A DNA stretch of 64,000 bases from NCBI GenBank assembly GCA_951406725.2, contig OX597821.1, positions 86,862,001-86,926,000 on the forward strand, in the 5' to 3' direction. Shown piece after piece: positions 1 through 12,669 of the stretch. Position 1 is the stretch's first letter. Every line of letters begins with the position of its first letter. A model generated the notes under the pieces. The model saw nothing but the letters and a program-made list of their open reading frames with translations. It was not told the DNA's origin and did no database searches. Both the position numbers and the translations under genes were made by a program. The stretch is from Octopus vulgaris (Eukaryota).

Positions 1-36
1 ATGATATATAATTCACCAATTTAAATATCACAATTT

Positions 37-245
37 TGGTTTCAATTTTTGGCTCAAGGCCAGCAATTCCAGGCGAAGTGGGGAAGTCTATTACACTGAC
101 CCCAGTGTTTAACTGGTACTTGTTTCATCAACCCTGAAAGGATGAAAGGCAAAGTTGACCTTGGCAGAATTTGAACTCAGAATGTAAAGACAGATGAAAT
201 GCCACTTAACATTTTGCACGGTGTATCAACAGTTCTGCCAGCTTA
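37..245 (-). mobile_element. SINE family B, diverged copy
   Basis: Reverse complement of the family at 26361-26592 (gaaaggatgaaaggcaaagttgacc...tttgaactcagaa). Confidence 0.75.
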
Positions 246-709
246 CTATCAATAATTTGGTGGGAAAAACTAAGTATGATAAGACACTGCTCTGTATTTC
301 AACATCTTGAAGCTATAGAAAGCAGAGACAAACACTAAGCCCTATGGATATTTGGAACTATGAAAATGATTATTTATGCTGTAATTACTGTACGATACTA
401 TTATATTATGAAGTGTTAATAGGTTTGAGCTCATTATTCTTACTGAATCATGTCTCAGCAAATAGCCAAATTGTTAATCAGTGAATTTTTAAATAAAAGG
501 CAAGAAAAACTTGGTTAATTTATTGCATTTTTTTTTTCTTAAAATGATCAACTTTTATTATTTTGCTTTTATTATAAAATAAAATGAAAATCAAATCAGG
601 TAAAAATCCACAACACAGATTAAAGGAGGGGAGGAGAAGAGCAGGGGAGTGAAAAATTTAATGGGAGGGGAGGGGAAATGAGAAACAAATAAAACCCGAT
701 AAATATGAG

Positions 710-763
710 AGCATGGTAAACTGTATAGATATATCATAAGCATGGTATATCTAACATACAAAA

Positions 764-806
<43 letters not shown>

Positions 807-991
807 ATAATTCATTATATACCATAAGCCAGCAACATGTTATATCTAAATTTTAAAATCATAAATATTACCATAAGCCAGCATGGTATAAACCTAATAT
901 ATAAAATTATAGGTTATGCCATATCCATCAGCATAGTATATATATAATGTATAAAATTATACAGATACACTATGAGCAACCATGTGATTTC

Positions 992-1022
<31 letters not shown>

Positions 1023-1115
1023 AAATCACAGATCAGCAGTATAGTATAGCTTAATGTATATAAAAATCATTAATATACCATAAGTCACTATGTGGTATAT
1101 CCATATAAAATTATC
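710..1115. repeat. Degenerate minisatellite, period about 50 bp (ataccataagccagcatggtata...aaaattata), interrupted by (TA)n
   Basis: Recurrent ccataagccagca / gcatggtata motifs. Confidence 0.55.
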
Positions 1116-1537
1116 CATTATCAGTGTGTGTTAGGGTTGGAAAAACATTGATACTCAATAACAAAACAGTCAGTCCAATAAAGACGTATTTTTTTTTTTC
1201 TGCCTTTATTTTTACTCATTTGTTAGAATGATTCCACAATTTTTTTGTTTACCTGTGAAGATTCAGATATAGCTGCACACAATAAGAGTTTAAGCAGTCA
1301 GCAGGATATCAGAGACTTGATGGTAGAAAAGGTAGGGTTAAGTTAGGGCATCATCGCAGAGTTTTTTTTGCGCTTTTCTCTCTCTTCTTTTTTTTTAGAG
1401 TAGTAGGCTGAGTGCATAGATCTGATAGGGTGGGGAAGTCATAGAATATTTGATGTAAAGAAGGAAGAATCTGGAACTCGTAAAACAAATGCATACTATG
1501 TAATTTGTTTTTGTTTATGTGTGTATATTGTTTATCG

Positions 1538-1920
1538 TTTACTTGTTTCAGTCATTAAACTGTGGCCATGCTGGGGCACAGCCTTGAAGGGTTTAGTTGA
1601 ACAAATTGACCCCATGGCTATTTTTCTTTTTTAAAGTCTGGTACTTATTTCTATAGGTCTCTTTTACTAAACCACTAAGTTATGGGGGATGTAAACAAAC
1701 CAGCACCAGTTGTTAAGTGATGGCAGTAGTGTGGGGAACAAACACAAAAGGACGCACAACACATATATGACAGGCTTCCACACAGTTTCCGTCCACCATT
1801 CACAAGGCAGTGGTCAGCATGAGGCGATAGAAGAAGACATTTACTCAAGGTGTTGGGCAGTGGGACTGAACCCAAAACCACATGGTTGCAAAGTGGGCTC
1901 CTTAACCACATAAACATACC
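1538..1920 (-). mobile_element. SINE family A, diverged copy
   Basis: Matches the copy at 1950-2361 along its length. Confidence 0.75.
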
Positions 1921-1949
1921 CGCACACACACACACATATATATGTATAT

Positions 1950-2158
1950 ACTCTTTACTCTCTCTTTTACTTGTTTCAGTCATTTGACTGCGGTCATGCT
2001 GGAGCACCGACTTTAATCGAGCAACTCGACCCCAGGACTTATTCTTTTGTAAGCCCAGTACTTATTCTATCGGTCTCTTTTGCCGAACTGCTTAGTAACG
2101 GGGACATAAACACACCAGCATCGGTTGTCAAGTAATGCTAGGGGGACAAACACACACA

Positions 2159-2202
<44 letters not shown>

Positions 2203-2361
2203 TACGACGGGCTTCTTTCAGTTTCCGTCTACCAAATCCACTCACAAGGCTTTGGTCGGACGAGGCTATAGTAGAAGACACTTGCCCAAGGTGCCATGCA
2301 GTGGGACTGAACCCGGAACCACGTGGTTGGTAAGCAAGCTACTTACCACACAGCCACTCCT
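1950..2361 (-). mobile_element. SINE family A (tRNA-like head, internal (TA)n/(TG)n, tail gactgaaacaagtaaaaga)
   Basis: Near-identical to copies at 12467, 14278, 27046 and 29612; A-box-like tggctgtgtgg and B-box-like gggttcagtccc. Confidence 0.9.
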
Positions 2362-3635
2362 ATATATATATATATATCAGCAGTTGGACATTAAATTTGT
2401 TTACACAGACAAACAAGTAAGGTTTCTAGAGTAAGAGATACTGATCGACAGTTATAAACCGTAACTGATAATAGTTACATCAGTTTTGCTCAAAGCTACC
2501 AAATACATGTGTTTATATGTCATAAGCTACAAATTTATTGCTAACATTCTGCAGGATTTTAGTCGCCGTGGAAACAACATCAGATATTTCTTGGTGAAGT
2601 ATTTATCATTTAACTACATCAAGAAGACATTTAAGGAATAGTGCTGTTAGTATTGGTATAATTATCATTATTACTACTACTGCTAGAAAATGATATATTT
2701 AAAAGGTAAATCAGATGTTTATACTTTTAACCATAGCAACACGATATTTTACTATATACATTTCAACATATACACACATAATTTAAGACTTTGGGAAATA
2801 AAAACAGTGAGCCGCTTTGTTTGTTTTAGTGTGTGTGTGTGTGTGTGTGTGTGAATAAAATGCACCAACTTTTAGTTGGTTCATCAATGAAAGACTGTGT
2901 ATCACTCTAAATTTATGTTTTAAAAATGAAAGATGATTTGAATCAAGGAATTATTTTTCTTTAGGTTAATTTCTGTTGTAAATGAGAAGTTATTGCTATT
3001 TCATCCCCTTTTTCTTAATAAAAAAGCATGTCACATGTTGAGATTGCTAACTCAATGAAGTCAACTTTAAAAACGAATACCTTGGGAAAGTAACCCATCC
3101 CTCTCTCATACATACCTGTTAATAGATAATAAAAGTCAAGATAGACAAGGATTAAAAAAATAACAAAAGAACTACATGTAAAAGAAAACAAAATTATATT
3201 AAAATTAAAAAAAACAAACTTAAGCAATAATATTTTATAATAGCAGTAAAGGCAACTTTAATTCTTTGCCTGTCCCCGAGAATTACATGTGTTACAATAG
3301 AGACATAAGACCGAGATGATAGCCTATCAGCTGTGATGCACATTATGGATATTTTAGGATATTTCCTATGCAACAAAGAACATGTACATCTAGTAAGTAA
3401 AAGAGTCAGTGCATCAGATGTGTTAAACTTCTTAGGTACTCTCACACCGCTATAATACTAACACATTTTCTTATTTATCACCTGACAAATTTTCTTCCTT
3501 TAACATGGAAATGAAAGGAAACAAATCCATATAAATGTAAAGAAAACCTTCCAAGATGTAGAGATGTAGATAAGGCTTTGATCATTCAAATTCTAACAAC
3601 AGTGACAGAATAACAAACAGGGATCTGACTGTAAA

Positions 3636-3775
3636 CATCATCATCGTTTAACGTCCGCTTTCCATGCTAGCATGGGTTGGACGTGTGACTGAGGGCTGGC
3701 GACACCAGATGGCTGCACCAGGCTTCAATCTTGATCTGGCAGAGTTTCTACAGCTGGATGCCCTTCCTAACGCCA
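3636..3775 (-). mobile_element. Repeat family C, 3' fragment with (GAT)n tail
   Basis: ggatgcccttcctaacgcca motif and catcatcatcgtttaacgtccgc end, shared with 10740-11128. Confidence 0.8.
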
Positions 3776-4575
3776 CAATTCCTAAACGATTAAAAATATT
3801 TTCTCAAGATGACAGACAAAAATGTTGATCTGCGTCAAAATCCAGAAACAATTGCTTTTTCACAATCAGTTTATTGGCCGTATTCTTTATTTTAGAATTT
3901 ATAATTTTAGTCTATTCTTGTATCTACAGTTATCACAAATAACCACACACTCACACTTATGTCTATTTTACATCCATTTTTAAAATTTTTTTTATATACT
4001 AGCAAAAATGGTATGGTTTTTGAAAATTTGGACATTTGCATATTGTTAGGGCAATTATATCTACAGTTGTTTGTCCTTAACCATGAAATAATGAACTCTT
4101 GTTATCCAGGAAGACTGAGGCAGCAGAGTTTTATGCCTTGCTCTCAAGTATAAATATAACGACTGTAGCAAGATTCAAACTCTGGACAATGAGGTCAGTA
4201 ATCCAACACAGAAATCTCACAGCCATTGTATCATACACTCACATATACATTTATTGATGCTTTTCTTCCTTTCTTTCATTTATAGGGGGTGGGGGATATA
4301 AAATGTGCTTTAGATGGCCTGCTCAAACCTAAAATGTCTCCCTTAAAATTATGACAATTGACCTTTCGGAATATAAAAGCTTAGGATATTAATTTGGATT
4401 AAGGCAAACAAAATGAATAAATAAAAAGGTTAAATAAATTACTATAAAAATAAAAAATAGAAAAAGCATTAATAGCACCAATCATGAAATTACAGTTTGC
4501 AGACATTCCAGATATACATGCCTGGTGAATTAGTGTTCTCAGTTATGGCCAAATTTTGGTAAGTCAAAGGGAGAT

Positions 4576-4610
4576 GTATATGTGTATATATACGTATATG
4601 TGTGTACATA

Positions 4611-4654
<44 letters not shown>

Positions 4655-4705
4655 CATGTATATATATACACATGTATATATATATATGTATATATGTGTA
4701 TATAT
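4576..4705. repeat. (TA)n/(TG)n compound microsatellite
   Basis: Directly visible. Confidence 0.95.
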
Positions 4706-5473
4706 GGCAAAAACAAAATATAATAACACCAATAGCTGTAAAAAAAAACCCATTTCAGTTTAGCATCCAAGAATACCAAGACAAAGCAAATGAACAACGG
4801 GTCCTTACACAGGCACAACAAAACCTCGGTTTTACAGGGGAAGGAATATGGAATTATGCGACATTTTTGCCTAGAATGTGAAGTCAGTTTGAGGTTTTGT
4901 TACGATGGGAACATTAACCGTTTCATGCTACTAAACATCGATACCGATTTCTCATGTAGGCACAAAATATTCAAGAGTTATATAGGTGAGGAAGTGTGAT
5001 TGCGTGACATTCATGGGAGTTTTATGAGGATATTTTGTGACTTAAGTAGCAACAACAAGGATTCAAAGAGTGAGTCGCAGTCTCAATCTGTCAAGTAGCT
5101 CACCTCTCTTACTCAATTCAATCAATCAAGTTATCTTATCCTGAACAATGATTCTTACAAGAAGATATGTTTCAAAGAAAACCATCGATTCTTGAATACT
5201 GATAGTTTATTTATTTTTGTCATTTATCTATTTTGATTAGATAAACTGAAAGAATATATGAAGGTTTTTTTTTTGTTTTTGTTTTTCTCTTGATTTGAAT
5301 TTCACCTTAAGACAAAAAGTCCCTTCTTTGTAAAAAGGATGTTCAATGGCGAATGAAGAAAACATGTATCATTCTCTTCTTTTGTTGTTTTCTTGTCAAA
5401 AGAAGGAGACAAATAATAACATACTTGAAAAAGAATTAGCGCTTTCCAACTTTGAGCCATTACACAATAAATC

Positions 5474-5480
5474 ACATATA

Positions 5481-5521
<41 letters not shown>

Positions 5522-5544
5522 GTATACATGCATATGTATGTATG

Positions 5545-5575
<31 letters not shown>

Positions 5576-5586
5576 ATATATGTATG

Positions 5587-5620
<34 letters not shown>
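5474..5620. repeat. (TA)n/(TG)n compound microsatellite
   Basis: Directly visible. Confidence 0.95.
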
Positions 5621-5623
<3 letters not shown>

Positions 5624-5887
5624 TTATAAGAATACTATAGCACAATTCCAGTTGACTCTTGTTTAAAATTATTTGTACACACAAACGCACATATTGAGGA
5701 ACTAAAGAGGAAATAATAAAAAAAAAAAGAAAAAAGATAAATAAATAAACAGCTTTTACAACCCGTAAATGGAGACATTGTACTCAGAAGCCATTCTTTG
5801 AGATTTGTTTCAATTTTCTTTCCCCACCAATACTTTCTAATAGAACATTTTCCCCTAACTTGCAAAATGTCTACACAACACTTTAAT

Positions 5888-5912
5888 ATTATATATACAT
5901 ACATATATATAC

Positions 5913-5965
<53 letters not shown>

Positions 5966-6154
5966 CATATATATATACATATATATACATATATATACAT
6001 ATATATACATATATATACATATATATACATATATATATATACATATATATATATATACATATATATACATATATACATATATATACATATATATATATAC
6101 ATATATATATATATACATATATATACATATATATATATATACATATATATATAC

Positions 6155-6187
<33 letters not shown>

Positions 6188-6292
6188 CATATATATATAC
6201 ATATATATATATATACATACAAATACATATATATATATATATACATATATGCACATACGCATATACGTATACACACACACACACACACATAT

Positions 6293-6326
<34 letters not shown>

Positions 6327-6372
6327 CTGTGCATATGAGACACTGTGTGTACATGTGTGTGTGTGTGTGTGC
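5888..6372. repeat. Long (TA)n/(CATATATATA)n/(CA)n compound microsatellite
   Basis: Directly visible; source of several spurious ORFs. Confidence 0.95.
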
Positions 6373-7466
6373 GAGAATATGATGAAAATGTACAGAAACA
6401 CAGAGGCACAAAGAGAGAAAAAAAAATCATCTGAAAGTCAGATGAGACTGGAAGCCATGTCTACTGGTTAATAATCAAATGCTTTCCTGATGAGCCATTG
6501 ACTTCATAAATTTGCAATCTCTTTCACTCATTCATCTCCAACTACAAAGTAAGAGATGACAATGTTTAAACAATTTAAAGTCCAGTTGCAACATGCAACA
6601 TAAGTTTTGTATTTTAAAGCTCACAAAAATTATCACACGCATGTGATTGGGTGACAAGTGTGTCTCCTGCAGAAAACTATGCACAAATATTACTGATCAA
6701 CTTGAGATGACATGTGAGAGTGTCTATTTGGTGTGCTGATATCTTATATTGGCCTTAAAGATGAAGAAATGAAATTATGTAACTTTTATATCTTTCTGAA
6801 GAGCATTAGTGAAGTGGCTGCAAACTAGAAATTTGTACCAGTGCTGCAGACTTGTCAAGAATTTATATCTACAGCATTCGTTGCATGGATGTATGTACAT
6901 GTATGGTGTGTGTATGTGTACATATATGTGTGTGTATGTATACATATATATATGTGTGTGTGTGTGTGTATGTGTGCTTATCTGGGCACACACACACACA
7001 CGTCAGGTATTGGAAGATATCAAATACAAATATAGTTATAAGTTCAATAAAATTCAGTAATGTCTAGAACTGGATTTGAAAAAGTAAAATAAAATGTGAT
7101 AAATAAAAAAAGATAACTTTTAATTCCAAGCAGTTGAAACATTTCATAAGCTCTGAATAATTAAGATTGACATAGTTTTGTTTGGAAAATATTTTGGTAA
7201 CCTATATTCAACAAGCCTCTTAAAGTCCTGCTGATCTTTTCACATTTTGAGAATTTGGAAAGTAAAAAAAAATGATTCTAGGGAAATTTGAGGAAACCAA
7301 TAAAGCTTATTTGAAAACATCCCCCACATGATAATCTGATAATAAATAAAAGCCTAATCAGGAAATATCTTGGAATACTTTAAGCAGATTTATAATCTAA
7401 GTAATTCAATATTATGCCCAAGCATACCCTCTTATGTTGACAGAAGGGAGAATCATATCATTTATA

Positions 7467-7534
<68 letters not shown>

Positions 7535-7837
7535 CATACATACACACACATACATACATAAGCCCACATCAACACATAGAGAGGGAGAATGAAAGAAATT
7601 CAAAGGAGGAATAGTGCCATTTAAAATGTCATATAGAAACTTCCTTACTCAAAATTATTGAAAATAGATCAGCCAACTCTTTTCTCTTGTAGGATTTCAA
7701 AGCTCATTGGAAGTTTTCACATACCACACACACAGATGTACAGATCCTCTGCCTCCTTACTTGTCATATTCATGCACACACATAAAGGTGTTATATAATC
7801 TTTGATCTGAAGTCACATTTTGCCTTCAACTAAGATG

Positions 7838-7890
<53 letters not shown>

Positions 7891-8479
7891 CTTCCTTTTT
7901 TTAAAAAAAAATTTAGCTAAGCATCTATGTATGTGCTTAAGGACATGAATCTAAATGGCATTGTGTCTTTCTGTCTATCTATTTATCTATATATATATAT
8001 CTATCTTTATTTCTATCTATGTATCTATATTCCTGTTTTCCCTTTGATGTGATCCTGTAATGCAATGTATTCCAATTTGAGTAGGTGCAAAATCCCTTCA
8101 GATGATGATAATAGCAGAAGACAAGTAAACTGTGATTCTTATGAGCACTGCTCATTCTGTATAATATTTTGTTTTAAGTGAGGGGATCAATACCTGCCCC
8201 ACCCGCCCACTCTGTTTAACATGAGTCATATGCTTCAGTCTTAGAACATTAATATATATAACACCTTCCCTGTAGCTGCACTTTACAAACAGTTGGAAAC
8301 TCTGTACTGTTAGCATTAGTATGCATATATATATATAGATGTATGTCTTCCTACAGAGATTGGTAGCATATATATACTTCCTTCAAAGTATTTTAAAACG
8401 TCCTTTTCTCCAGCGTCACAAGGAAAAAAAAAAATATTAAAAAAAATATGTGGGTTTGGGGTAAGGGACTAGCATGAGT

Positions 8480-8485
8480 TTTATT
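8480..8485 (-). promoter_or_regulatory. First candidate polyadenylation signal (AATAAA) after the stop codon
   Basis: tttatt on the + strand about 210 nt past the stop; the hexamer is common in AT-rich DNA and the UTR may be much longer. Confidence 0.25.
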
Positions 8486-8693
8486 TGTTTGCAAGGGGAA
8501 GCATTATTGTTTGTGCTATTTTCTGTCTTGTAACACGAAAGTCCACAATTATAATACAGCAGCATGGTTTTTTTTTTTTTTTTGTGTTTTTTTTTTTATA
8601 GAAGAGGAACATGGGCTCTGGGATTGTATAGGGTTAAAAGATATGAGAAGAAACAGGAGGGATTTGTTTAATTTTTCAGTCAAACTTTCAAAC

Positions 8694-9559
8694 TTAACAT
8701 TCTGAAAAACTCGGAAGTTCTTCAGTCCTTCTACCTTGTTTGACTATATTGGAATGCGGTTCTCCGAGTACTCTGTGCTTTGCTCTTTCTGTTAAAGGTC
8801 TGTCACTATTGGTGCCATTGGGCATAGCAACATTAACAGAGCTATAAGGATTGGAATGTGATGTTTCTCGGTATGCAGCGTTTTCAGTCATGCAAGTGGG
8901 GTTACCGATAATGTCGGTCTGCAATAAAGGCTGATGGCTACTGTCGTCCATCAATTGCTTCTCCGGATGACACAGCGGTGTCACATGATAGTTATTCACA
9001 GATCTTAATGGGGGTTTCGCACCATTACTGATGCTATCAATATCGCCGGCACAGTTCATGTCAGCTTTGTTCAACATCTGGTTTATTCGGTTGCGATTTT
9101 CCAGTGTCGTAGAGTTGGGGTACATAAGAGGTTCGTATTCTTCATTAAGCTTCTCTTTTTCAGCTAGTTTCAGTAGATCGGCATCGAGTTCTAATATTTT
9201 GTCGTCTGATTCAAATGAATCTCTCTTTTGAATATTCGAGTCTCTTGAGAGAATGGAATCTCGTCTCTTCACTATGGAATCTGTGTCAGAATCAGCGCCA
9301 GAGTCGATAGATATCACTGGACTCAGTTGATTCTCATGGCTGACTTGGAGGTTAGTCTGACAATACTCACTAACATAGTCACTGTTAATCACTGAGCAGT
9401 CGGCTAACGACAGCTCGTTAACATCATGGTACATATGTTGGTCATTGTAGGACTGCCTGTTTGGTAAATGGTGTGCTGGATAATCATATTCTGAAGAGCC
9501 TCGCTTGGATGTATGATAATCCGACTCCCCAGTTGTATCAGCACTCACAGGACTGCGAA
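8694..9559 (-). CDS. ADGRL: ADGRL-like last coding exon, long low-complexity C-terminal tail ending ...EELPSFSEC*
   Basis: ctctctag acceptor at 9560-9562; contains the 284-aa ORF 8694..9548 in frame; TAA stop. Confidence 0.9.
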
Positions 9560-10642
9560 CTAGAGAGATGCAAAAAGAAAAAGAAAGAAAAAAAATGTTA
9601 AAAAAATAAAAAGTAACAGCTACAAGAAAATGGCTGCAATTTTATAATCAATTCACAACTAAGTAAATTTTGTTTGTTTGATTAAGTTGATAATTTAAAT
9701 GTAAAATGTAAATAAAATCCTATTCATATAAAAATGCTTGGGTTTTTTTTATCGCAATTTTTACATAATTGTCTTCCTAAGCAAAAGCTGTATAAAAGAG
9801 GTGTGTATGAAAAGTCTTGAGCCTTAAAAAAACAAAACATGGTACAAGACTTCTGATGAAGGTACAAGACTTCAAGGCACAAAGGCCTTGAAGGCTCAAA
9901 ACTTTTCATACACCCCTTGTATATATATCTATATATATTGTATACATTATATATGTATAAAGGGAAGGTTTACGAAAATAAACAAAAGACGAAAGCAGGT
10001 GGAATACAAACAAACAATTGTATTAGTATGGCGCTCAGGAATAGAAATAAAACAAGTCTTTTACGTTTCGAGCCTACGCTCTTCGACAGAAAGATACACA
10101 GAAAAGAAACAAGGAGAGAAACAAGGAGAGAAAAAAAATGCATGCAGGAGCTAACGATTCAACATTAAATATATATATAAAGGAAGTATTAAGGGAAATC
10201 TTAATAAATGTCTTTCTGAAGAGTACCCTTATCTTTGCCTACTACTTACTTCTAGCAGGTGTCTTGCTGATATTACTAGTGGTAGAACTCTTCCTTTTCT
10301 TGAGGAGTCTGGAGAAATACTGCAATATAAAAAGAGAAGGATGTGAATCAGTCAGCAGTTTGAATGATACTAGGGGAAAAAAAATGAGTGAAATACAATG
10401 CAAGAAATAAGTGTCAATAAATGTGTAAGGAAAACAGGCGAGAGGTCAGAGAAGTAAATAGAACAAATTATTGAACAATCACTATTATAGTTGGGTGCTG
10501 CTATATACTAATCAAGGTAGCAATTCATAATAAGGAGCAAAACAATTCAAACCAATGAAACTTCTCAGGTGAGAAGGGACACAGCATGTAGTCTAGTGAA
10601 ACAATGTTTCTCCTCATGTTACAAACTGCACAATGCATGTAC

Positions 10643-10689
<47 letters not shown>

Positions 10690-12627
10690 CAAAAATCAAA
10701 GAATCAAATCAAAATCGATGAACATCAATGGAATTTGTAGTTTTGTGGTACCAGTGCCAGTGGCACATAAGAAAACCATCCAAACGTGGCCGTAGCAAGT
10801 ACTGCATCGACTGGCCTCCATGCTGGTGGCACGTAACAAACACCATCTGATCGTGGCCATGCCAGCCTCGCCTGGCCTCTGTGCCGGTAGCACGTAAAAA
10901 ACACCATCCGAGCGTGGCCGTTCGCCAGCCTCGTCTGGCACCTGTGCCGGTGGCACATAAAAAGCACCCACTACACTCACGGAGTGGTTGGCGTTAGGAA
11001 GGGCATCCAGCTGTAGAAACACTGCCAGATCTGACTGGCCTGGTGCAGCCTTTGGGCTTCCCAGACCCCAGTTGAACCGTCCAACCCATGCTAGCATGGA
11101 AAGCGGACGTTAAACGATGATGATGATGAATCACAATAACAACAATAACAATAATAATGAAATTATTGTATTCAGTGCTCAGGTGTACTACAAATAATTA
11201 GAAAAAATAATCAAAACTGTATGAACAGTAAATAGAATATGCACAGAAAGTGAACAGTGAATAAAGCCTTTAAAAAATTGGGGAGGTGGGCATCAGGTGT
11301 ACTGTTGGAAAATGTCAGGAAGCATGGAAGTTTTGAAGGATGTTGCATTCTGACGGCTAAAAACTCATGTGGGTAGTTTATTCCATGTTTCAGCATCCCA
11401 ACCATGAACATATACACATGGCAATACACAAACATGCAGAAGAAAGAGATGTAATGTAGAATGGTTTTATCTTGTGTACATGTGTTATTGGTGTGTGTAT
11501 GTGGTGGGGTGCAGTACAGTATGTAGAAAGGTTTGACTATACAGACTTTGGCTTAGCACAACAAACGAATAGACTTTATTAAAAGAAAAATGTTGAAGTT
11601 TGTCATGATTGAATAACCTGGATGTTTTGATTGGAAATGTCTTTGAAGGACAAGTCTATAAAAAGAGAAAAATAATCCTGCTATTCTTTTACTTTGTGAC
11701 TATAAACCTTGTAATGCAAATATCTTCTTAGTATCAAGGTTCTTTCAAAAGAGTGCTCAACTTTTCTTTCATAAATTGCAGTGGATGAGAGATAAATCCC
11801 TCACCGGGTAAGAGACCTATTTTTGCAAGAAATATGCTCAGAATACCTGTGGTCTATTATCAAGAGCTAGGCAAAGTAAACAATGTAAGGGAAATGCTTT
11901 GCTCATAAACAGTGAAATGCCAACAGCAGATATGAGCTTGGGTACATTACGTATTCTGGTATTTCACATTTATACATAATTCAAAGGAAAAGAGAATACA
12001 GGAAAACCTACATTTCCTGAAGATGTTGAAGGATTCGGAGTTGAGGATCTTTCAGTAGAGGCCGCTCCACAACATGGTTTAATACATTCTGGAAGCCAAG
12101 TTGAGCTCTTGATAGCTTTTTTGTATTCTTTGCGAACCTGTTGGAAAAATATAAGTATTTAATAATCATAAAATTAGGTCAAATATAAACAACACATTCA
12201 TCAATCTAGCTTCTACTGAGGGTGATGAAAGCAGGGTTTGATAGGTATGCTTCACAAAGGATTCTAGCCAGAGGCCATTATCAACAAATTATCTGGTTGG
12301 ACCCTCAAGCAGGACCAATGAAAGATAAAGATTATTATTCAACCATCTTGTTCATGCATATTGGACCCTGCCAAGAGTGCATATTATTATCTCTACTTTC
12401 TATGATCTTTAGAAAGTGGATTGATATGTGGAGTTGAAATGAAAGTTGTATTAAAATGGAACTAATAGGTGCAGGTAAGTGTGTGGTAAGTAGCTTGCTA
12501 ACCAACCACATGGTTCCGGGTTCAGTCCCACTGCGTGGCATTTTGGGCAAGTGTCTTCTGCTATAGCCTCGGGCTGACCAATGCCTTGTGAGTGGATTTG
12601 GTAGACGGAAACTGAAAGAAGCCTGTC

Positions 12628-12669
<42 letters not shown>

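Noticed and set aside
4490-7603. Many long ORFs rich in Y/I/H/T/C/V (e.g. 5635..6411, 258 aa)
   Set aside because: Translations of (TA)n/(CA)n microsatellites, not genes
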